DNA of 21,968 nucleotides from an uncultured Gemmatimonadales bacterium (GTDB lineage Bacteria; Gemmatimonadota; Gemmatimonadetes; Gemmatimonadales; GWC2-71-9). The position numbers and the translations under genes are program-made. Where the stretch lies: the NCBI GenBank assembly GCA_963825055.1, contig CAWGSK010000035.1, positions 1-21,968 of the forward strand, given 5' to 3'. The notes below the pieces were generated by a model. It saw only the letters and a list, made by a program, of their open reading frames with translations, was not told where the DNA came from and did not search any database. Of the stretch, positions 16,315 through 21,968 are shown one piece after another (the stretch's first letter is position 1; the number at the start of each line of letters is the position of its first letter).

Positions 16315-17717
16315 CCACCAGCTCCCGTATGGGTTGAGTCGGGCGAGAGCACGCCCCGGATTCCGTCAGCAATCCGGCCCACTACGTCATTCTGGGCGGC
16401 GAGCACGTCCTGCACGTTCCGTTCGTAGGTATCGGCCCAGAGGCTTCGCGCGGTGGCCGGATCGGTGAACTGCACGTTGATCCGCATCACATCCCCCGCG
16501 CGGAACACCGTCGCCTCCACCACCGCGTTCACGTCCAGCTCCTGCGCGATCTCGCGGGTCGGCTTGGACGAAGTGCGATACGCGGCCACCGCCGAGCGCG
16601 GCGCCACGCCCACCAGCTGGAGCCGGGAGAGCGCATTGGTGAGCGCGTCCTGCATCGCCTCCACGAACACCGAGTCCTGTCCGCTGATGTCTTCTATGGA
16701 CAGCACCGCGATCCGGTCGATCTTCTGGCTGCCGCTCCCGCGCGTGAGTATCCATCCGCCCAGTGCGGCCGCCACCAGGATCACTGCCGCGGCGGCGATC
16801 CAGATCCAGCGCCGGGTACCGGGCCGCTTCATCGCCGGTATCGGCCGGGTGTTCATGGGCGTGACGCCGCCGCTCGGCGTGGCCATTTCATCCAGCTGCT
16901 GCAGTACGTCGTCTGCCGACTGGATGCGGTCGGCCGGCCGCTTCTCCAGGCAGCGCATGACCAGCGCGTTGAGCTGGGGCGAGACGGCGGGGCGGAGCTT
17001 CGCCAGCGGCACCGGGTCTTCGGTCATGTGCGCGGCGAGGATGGCCTGGGTCGAGCGTCCGGTGAACGGCGGGCGGCCGGCCAGCATCTCGTAGGCCATG
17101 ATGCCGACGGCGTAGAGGTCGGCCCGGTGGTCCATGTGCGGATCCGCCGAGGCCTGTTCCGGGGCCATGTAGACGGGGGTACCGAGGGCCACGCCGGCCG
17201 TCGTGAGGCCCTGGTCCTTCGAGGCGTCGCTCACCGCCTTGGCCACCCCGAAGTCCATCACCAGCGCATGGCGGCCGGAGAGCATCACGTTGGCGGGCTT
17301 GATGTCGCGGTGCACAACCCCCTGCTGGTGGGCGCGGGCCAGGGCGTCCACGATATCCCGGAGGATCCGGACCGCCTCGTGCACCGGCAGCTCGCCGGCG
17401 TTGTCGATCCGTTCCCGGAGCGACTCGCCGTCGGCGTACGGCATGACGTAATAGAGGAAGCCCTCGGCCTCGCCAGAGTCGTAGAGGGGCAGGATGTGGG
17501 GGTGCTGCAGCCGGGCGGCGATCTCCACTTCGCGGAGGAAGCGCTCGGGCCCCAGGGCCGCGGCCAGCTCGGGCCGGAGCACCTTGACCGCCACCTCGCG
17601 GTTGTGCCGGACGTCGGTGGCCAGGTAGACCGTGGCCATGCCTCCGGCCCCGAGCTCGCGCTTGAGGTCGTAACGGCCTGCGAGGGCAGCCCGGAGGGCT
17701 TCCGGCACGTCCGGCAG
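16311..17717 (-). CDS. Hanks-type Ser/Thr protein kinase with one TM helix and a C-terminal TolB-N-like alpha/beta domain
   Basis: GAGGMATVY, VAVK, HRDIKPAN, DFG and GTPVYMAPE; TM segment WIWIAAAAVILVAAALGGWIL; C-terminal IAVLSIEDISG...RINVQFTDPATARSLWADTY. Start is probably CTG 17717 (7 nt after AAGGA) or GTG 17708. Confidence 0.92.
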   Translation of the reverse strand: MPDVPEALRAALAGRYDLKRELGAGGMATVYLATDVRHNREVAVKVLRPELAAALGPERFLREVEIAARLQHPHILPLYDSGEAEGFLYYVMPYADGESLRERIDNAGELPVHEAVRILRDIVDALARAHQQGVVHRDIKPANVMLSGRHALVMDFGVAKAVSDASKDQGLTTAGVALGTPVYMAPEQASADPHMDHRADLYAVGIMAYEMLAGRPPFTGRSTQAILAAHMTEDPVPLAKLRPAVSPQLNALVMRCLEKRPADRIQSADDVLQQLDEMATPSGGVTPMNTRPIPAMKRPGTRRWIWIAAAAVILVAAALGGWILTRGSGSQKIDRIAVLSIEDISGQDSVFVEAMQDALTNALSRLQLVGVAPRSAVAAYRTSSKPTREIAQELDVNAVVEATVFRAGDVMRINVQFTDPATARSLWADTYERNVQDVLAAQNDVVGRIADGIRGVLSPDSTHTGAGG

Positions 17718-17779
17718 TGGCTGGTCCTTGTTGTGAGGGGTAACCCGTGCAAGGTAGGGAGGTGGGGGCGATCGGGCCA

Positions 17780-17803
17780 GTAGGGGCGGCCGGACGGCCG
17801 CCC
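17780..17803 (+). repeat. GTAG-tagged REP-like palindrome GTAG-GGGCGGCC-ggac-GGCCGCCC
   Basis: GTAG tetranucleotide directly followed by an 8-bp GC stem, the form of RAYT-associated REPs. Confidence 0.6.
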
Positions 17804-17878
17804 GTGAGGCGAACTGGTATCGACGGCCGCCTTCACGCCATTCACCGCGAAGGGCGCGAAGAAGGCGCGAAGGTTCGT

Positions 17879-18322
17879 GTCCGCCTTGTCCTGACCTCAC
17901 CCCCTGACCCCCTCTCCATGTATGGAGAGGGGGAACGCATTATCAGGATTGTCATTCCGCGCGTCCAGCGAGGGATCTCGCGACCCTCTGTCAGCCGCCG
18001 CCCGACCGCCCCTCACGCGTTAGTCCTACTCACTCCCGACTACCCATGTATGGAGAGGGGGAACGCATTATCAGGATTGTCATTCCGCGCGCAGGGAGGA
18101 ATCTCGCGACCCTCTGCTCGCCCGCCGCCCGACCGCCTTGTCCGCCTTGTCCGCCTTGGTCCTGACCTCACCCCCTGGCCCCCTCTCCATGTATGGAGAG
18201 GGGGGACGCATTGTCAGATTGTCATTCCGAACGTAGCGTTGAATCTCGTCAGCCCCCGATCGAACCCTTCTATTGACGTGGGGGGGCCAGCCACCTTCCT
18301 GTCCGCCCTTCTCCGCCCGTCC
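17879..18322 (+). repeat. Three tandem ~135-nt composite REP-like units (CCCCTCTCCA-n-TGGAGAGGGG hairpin plus TGTCATTCC-n-GRATCTC hairpin plus 9-mers)
   Basis: CCATGTATGGAGAGGGGG recurs at about 17916, 18044 and 18187; GATTGTCATTCCG recurs at about 17947, 18075 and 18217. The second unit has a degraded left stem. Confidence 0.88.
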
Positions 18323-18551
18323 TGCATCGTAACGATCCAGCGTAAGGGCAGATGTCACGCAACGATGCACATGCCGGCCGGGATTTACCCGCCTGAGCGG
18401 CGGGTGGTCAGCCTATAACGCTTTCCAGTAACGACTTGGCGCACCAGACAGCCTTACGGTTCGGGACTTGCCCGATTGAACGGGCACCACCGCCTTCGAA
18501 ATGAGATCAGCGAGCTGGCGGATTTGCCTTCACGAAACGGAGAACCGGACC

Positions 18552-18956
18552 ATGCGTAGACCGATTCGATTTACCCTGCCCGTGCTGGTACTGGGCCTGA
18601 TGGCTTCTGGTTGCGGTGGCGGCAATGCCCTGGCCCCGAAGTTCCAGCCGGAAGTGGTCAACACCGCCAACGTCAGCTTCAGCTTCCAGGCGACCGGACT
18701 TGCGAATGTCACCGACGACCTGACCTATACCTGGAGCGTCTCGTCGGGCAGCATCGTCATCCATCCCTCGACATCGACCACCGGCGGTTCGCTGACGCTC
18801 AACATCAAGGACGCGACCGGGGCGGTGATCTACGACGGTCCCATTCCGCCGAGCGGGGATATCGCGCCGTCGAGCGGAACGGCCGGGCCCTGGAAGGTGC
18901 GGGTCCTCTTCGCGGACTACACCGGGACGATCAACTTCGCGCTCCAGATGCAGTAG
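18552..18956 (+). CDS. Small hypothetical lipoprotein (beta-sandwich-like)
   Basis: GGAG upstream of ATG 18552; MRRPIRFTLPVLVLGLMASG-C lipobox; Ser/Thr-rich beta-strand pattern. Confidence 0.8.
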   Translation: MRRPIRFTLPVLVLGLMASGCGGGNALAPKFQPEVVNTANVSFSFQATGLANVTDDLTYTWSVSSGSIVIHPSTSTTGGSLTLNIKDATGAVIYDGPIPPSGDIAPSSGTAGPWKVRVLFADYTGTINFALQMQ

Positions 18957-18959
18957 GCA

Positions 18960-19150
18960 AAGCAGGACGGACGAGAGCAGGGCGGACAGGGCGGTCAGGG
19001 CGGTCAAAGCAGGACGGACAGGACGGACAGGGCGGTCGTTAGATTCGGTCCGCCTTGTCCGCCTTGTCCGCCTTGTCCGCCTTGTCCGCCTTGTCCGCCT
19101 TGTCCGCCTTGTCCGCCTTGTCCGCCTTGTCCGCCTTGTCCGCCTTGTCC
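18960..19150 (+). repeat. Core-hairpin element copy D: purine-rich arm, core GGTCGTTAGATTCGGTCC, 11 perfect GTCCGCCTT
   Basis: Nonamers span 19048-19146. Confidence 0.93.
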
Positions 19151-19380
19151 TGACCTCACCCCCTGACCCCCTCTCCATGCCTGGAGAGGGGGGACGTCAG
19201 GGAAGGATTGTCATTCCGAGCGCAGCAAGGAATCTCGTCACGCTCGATCGAACCCGGCTATTGACGTGCGGGCCCAGCCACCTTCTGGTCCGCCCGTCCG
19301 CCCGTCCGCCCGTCCGACTTGTCCGCACTTGTCCGCCTTGTCCGCCTTGTCCGCCCTGTCCGCCTTGTCCTCTCTCCGCC
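19149..19380 (+). repeat. Fourth composite REP-like unit (closest to 18161-18322) followed by GTCCGCCC/GTCCGCCTT arrays
   Basis: CCTGACCTCACCCCCTGACCCCCTCTCCA...TGGAGAGGGGGG...GATTGTCATTCCGA...GAATCTCGTCA...CGATCGAACCC...CTATTGACGTG...CCAGCCACCTTC. Confidence 0.88.
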
Positions 19381-19436
19381 CTCCCGTTACTCAATGGAAG
19401 TCGCGCTGTTCCATCTGATCTCCATCCCCGGGAGGC

Positions 19437-20414
19437 ATGGTGACCTCACAGGACTCCTTCCGTCTGGCCGCGGTGCAGGCCGCACCGGTTTTCCTCGACC
19501 TCGACGCCACGGTGGAGAAGGCCTGCCGGCTCATCGAGCAGGCATCGAGAGAGGGAGCGAGCCTCGTCGCCTTTCCCGAAGCGTTCCTGCCCGGCTATCC
19601 GGTCTGGGTCTGGTTCATCCCGCCGGGGCACACCCACTCTCTCCGGGAGGTCTACGCCGAGCTGCACGCCAACGCCGTCTCCATTCCGGGGCCCGCGGTG
19701 GATCGCCTCGCGGAGGCCGCGGCCGACTGCGGGGTGGCGGTGGCGATGGGACTGAACGAGCGGAACTCCGAGGCCAGCGACTCGACGCTCTTCAATACAC
19801 TCCTCTTCATTGGCCCCGACGGCCGGGTGCTGGGGCGCCATCGGAAACTGGTCCCGACCGCGGGGGAGCGGCTGGTGTGGGGGCGGGGGGACGGGAGTGA
19901 GATGGCGGTGCACCAGCTGCCATTCGGCCGGGTGGGTGGATTGCTGTGCTGGGAGAACTACATGCCGCTGGCCCGCGCGACGCTGGCGGCATGGGGCGAG
20001 CAGATCCACATCGCACCCACCTGGGACCGCGGCGAGCCGTGGATTTCCACCATGCGCCACATCGGCAAGGAGAGCCGCTGCTTCGTGCTCGGCGTGGGCC
20101 AGGCGTTCCACATGGATGACATCCCGGACCGGATGTCATTCAAGTCGCAATATCTGGGAGAGATGGAAGGCTGGATCAACCCGGGTCTCAGTGTCATCGT
20201 GGATCCCGACGGGAAGCTGGTCGCCGGCCCGCTCAAGGAGCAGGAAGGCATTCTGTACGCGGACGTGAAGCCGGATCAGCTGGTCGGGCCGCGGTGGCAG
20301 CTGGACGGGGCGGGGCATTACTCGCGGCCGGATGTGTTCGAACTGCAGTATCACCGCCGGCCGGCGCCGGTGCTGCAGGTCGTGGAGGATCGGCCGGAAG
20401 GTGAGAGGTTGTGA
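19437..20414 (+). CDS. Nitrilase (carbon-nitrogen hydrolase, branch 1-like)
   Basis: Catalytic E-K-C triad in FPEAFLPGYP, HRKLVPT and LCWENYMP; C-terminal DGAGHYSRPDVF. The start may be GTG 19440, given GGAGG at 19431-19435. Confidence 0.93.
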   Translation: MVTSQDSFRLAAVQAAPVFLDLDATVEKACRLIEQASREGASLVAFPEAFLPGYPVWVWFIPPGHTHSLREVYAELHANAVSIPGPAVDRLAEAAADCGVAVAMGLNERNSEASDSTLFNTLLFIGPDGRVLGRHRKLVPTAGERLVWGRGDGSEMAVHQLPFGRVGGLLCWENYMPLARATLAAWGEQIHIAPTWDRGEPWISTMRHIGKESRCFVLGVGQAFHMDDIPDRMSFKSQYLGEMEGWINPGLSVIVDPDGKLVAGPLKEQEGILYADVKPDQLVGPRWQLDGAGHYSRPDVFELQYHRRPAPVLQVVEDRPEGERL

Positions 20415-20418
20415 GCTA

Positions 20419-20606
20419 ACAGGGCGGTCAGGGCGGTCAAAGGTCAGGACGGTCAGGACGGACAGGACGGACAGGGCGGTCGTTAGATTCGGTCCGCCTT
20501 GTCCGCCTTGTCCGCCTTGTCCGCCTTGTCCGCCTTGTCCGCCTTGTCCGCCTTGTCCGCCTTGTCCGCCTTGTCCGCCTTGTCCGCCTTGTCCGCCTTG
20601 TCCGCC
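20419..20606 (+). repeat. Core-hairpin element copy E: purine-rich arm, core GGTCGTTAGATTCGGTCC, 12 perfect GTCCGCCTT
   Basis: Nonamers span 20492-20599; about 140 nt are identical to copy D. Confidence 0.93.
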
Positions 20607-20614
20607 CGCATGAT

Positions 20615-20643
20615 TTGACCTTCGACCTCCAACCTCCGACCTT
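20615..20643 (+). promoter_or_regulatory. Possible leaderless promoter TTGACC-N17-GACCTT-N6-ATG
   Basis: Spacing fits sigma70 and there is no Shine-Dalgarno before ATG 20650, but the -10 lacks the first T. Confidence 0.35.
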
Positions 20644-20649
20644 ATACAC

Positions 20650-21207
20650 ATGGACGACCTGTCCAACCTTCTCCAGCGCGCGGACGAAGACCCGGTCGCC
20701 GCCGACCAGCTGTTCGCCGCGCTCTACGACGAGCTGCACCGGCTGGCCGAACGCCATCTCCAGCATGGCGGCGGGGCCATGACCCTGGGCACCACGACGC
20801 TGGTGCATGAGGCCTGGCTCAGCATGACCGGAAAGCCGGACACGGTCTTCCCGGACCGGGCCCGGTTCTTCGCGTATGCTTCGCGCGCGATGCGCGGACT
20901 GGCGATTGACTACGCCCGGCGGCGGCACGCCCGCAAGCGCGGCCGGCAGTACGAGATCACCCTGGACGAGAGTATGGCGCCGGGGCCGGTCGACGGGTCA
21001 CTCCCCGCCCTGGGCGAGGCGCTGGCCGAACTGGCCCGGCTCGACCCGGCCCTGGCTGAGCTGGTGGACCTGCATTTCTTCGGCGGATTCTCGTTCGTGG
21101 AGATTGCGGAGTTGCGTGCGGTGTCGGAGCGGACGGTGCAGCGCGACTGGCGGAAGGCGCGGCTGCTCCTCCACCACGCCCTCCAGGATGAGAAGGAGTC
21201 CGCCTAG
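20650..21207 (+). CDS. ECF sigma factor, Sigma70_ECF / kinase-associated (ECF43-like) type
   Basis: LYDELHRLAERHL, TLGTTTLVHEAW, DRARFFAYASRAMR...IDYARRRHARKRG and region 4 (LHFFGGFSFVEIAE...SERTVQRDWRKAR). Confidence 0.92.
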   Translation: MDDLSNLLQRADEDPVAADQLFAALYDELHRLAERHLQHGGGAMTLGTTTLVHEAWLSMTGKPDTVFPDRARFFAYASRAMRGLAIDYARRRHARKRGRQYEITLDESMAPGPVDGSLPALGEALAELARLDPALAELVDLHFFGGFSFVEIAELRAVSERTVQRDWRKARLLLHHALQDEKESA

Positions 21208-21968
21208 CGGGCGCTCAGGCCCAGGGCGCCGGCAAGTTGTTCCGCCTGGCGCGTGCGGTAATGCCCGGGGCCCGCACCGCTCCGGAGCGCCACGACGGCC
21301 CGATGGGCAAGATCCCGCGCGGCAATGGTATCTCCCTCAGCCAGCCGGGCCTTCGCCATCAACATCCTGATGGTCCCCACGTACATGCTCCGGGTCTCGG
21401 TCAACGAATCGACCGCGGCCACCTCGATTGCCTCGTCGGCCAGGGTGAGCACGTCAGCCGGCCGCCCGAGCGCCAGATCCGTCTCCATCAGGGCGATCGC
21501 GGACGGGAGCAACCGCATTCCCCGCTTTCCTTCATGGAAACCGTTGAAGTCGAGCACCGTGGTGAAGTCGGCGTTTGCGGTGGCGGAATCGCCCCGGGAC
21601 AGCGCGATCCAGCCGTGCACCGCCCGCGGGTCGGGCACCTGGTCGTCGGTGTTCTGCACCTTTGGGTTCGCGGCCAGGATTTCACTGAACCGCGCGCTGG
21701 CCCGGTTCGCTTCCTCCACCAGTCCCAGTCTGGCGGCGGCGCGCGCCAGCCCGAACTGGCCGCGGCCCTCCCAGTAGCTGTCACTGTCCGCCACGGCCTG
21801 ACGGACCAGCATCCGGAAATACTTGACTGCCGAATCCGGCTTGTCCTGGGTCAACGCCACCTCGGCGTAGTGAATCAGTGGCTGGGGGTGGATGTAGCCG
21901 TCCGCCGAGCCGCGTCCGGCCGTCACCAGGGTCAGGTGGAGCAGTGCCTCGGCCCGTGCGGTCTCCCC
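21204..21968 (-). CDS. TPR-repeat protein C-terminus (5'-partial), possibly the tail of a Ser/Thr kinase
   Basis: Frame is open to the window edge (GETARAEALLHLTLVTAGRG...). Helical Ala/Leu TPR-like repeats and a terminal GPGHYRT motif; stop overlaps the ECF stop (CTAG). Confidence 0.7.
   Translation of the reverse strand, partial: GETARAEALLHLTLVTAGRGSADGYIHPQPLIHYAEVALTQDKPDSAVKYFRMLVRQAVADSDSYWEGRGQFGLARAAARLGLVEEANRASARFSEILAANPKVQNTDDQVPDPRAVHGWIALSRGDSATANADFTTVLDFNGFHEGKRGMRLLPSAIALMETDLALGRPADVLTLADEAIEVAAVDSLTETRSMYVGTIRMLMAKARLAEGDTIAARDLAHRAVVALRSGAGPGHYRTRQAEQLAGALGLSAR

Noticed and set aside
14360..17717. Single kinase-propeller fusion split by a frameshift
   Set aside because: The downstream ORF has its own signal peptide and lipobox and a canonical ATGA overlap, consistent with two genes.
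17879..18322. CRISPR array
   Set aside because: Units are about 135 nt, the intervening sequences are related to each other rather than unique spacers, and no cas genes are present.
18436..18453. Sigma54 promoter (TTGGCGC...GC)
   Set aside because: The GG-to-GC spacing is 11 nt rather than 10 and the TTGC box is absent.
20415..20488. Integron attC site (CTAAC after the stop ... GTTAGAT matching GTTRRRY; GTTAGAT also at 19038)
   Set aside because: The sequence between the putative R'' and R' boxes is a direct-repeat arm, not a palindrome with L boxes. Copy D has no matching AAC box and there is no integrase in the window.
18507..20928. ORFs encoding (RRT)n, (GGQ)n or (PPC)n peptides (18507-19178, 19177-19443, 20136-20666, 20332-20613, 20437-20928)
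   Set aside because: These are translations of the stop-free GTCCGCCTT nonamer arrays and mostly overlap better-supported genes.

Overview
High-GC bacterial chromosomal window; the gene mix (Hanks kinase with TolB-like domain, PD40 propeller lipoprotein, kinase-associated ECF sigma factor) suggests Gemmatimonadota or similar, which is an inference. In order it holds: a 5'-partial spinster-like MFS transporter, a Ca2+/H+ antiporter (cax), a copper operon (promoter with CsoR-type operator, copZ, an unannotated 48-aa membrane micro-ORF resembling the CupA anchor, copA, csoR), a divergent multi-GAF protein, a KUP/KimA-like transporter fused to two USP domains, a DUF5602-like lipoprotein, a secreted protein, a GlxA-type AraC regulator divergent from a secreted SBP56/methanethiol-oxidase-like protein, a membrane Ser/Thr kinase coupled to a beta-propeller lipoprotein, a small lipoprotein, a nitrilase, an ECF sigma factor and a convergent 5'-partial TPR protein. 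The most striking non-coding feature is that almost every gene boundary carries 7/8/9-mer repeat hairpins. One family has a conserved central core, follows five plus-strand genes in the same orientation, and neighbouring copies share diagnostic variants, so single genes look like repeat-bracketed cassettes. Three genes carry apparent single-base frameshifts, probably assembly errors. No rRNA, tRNA, CRISPR array, integrase or transposase was seen.
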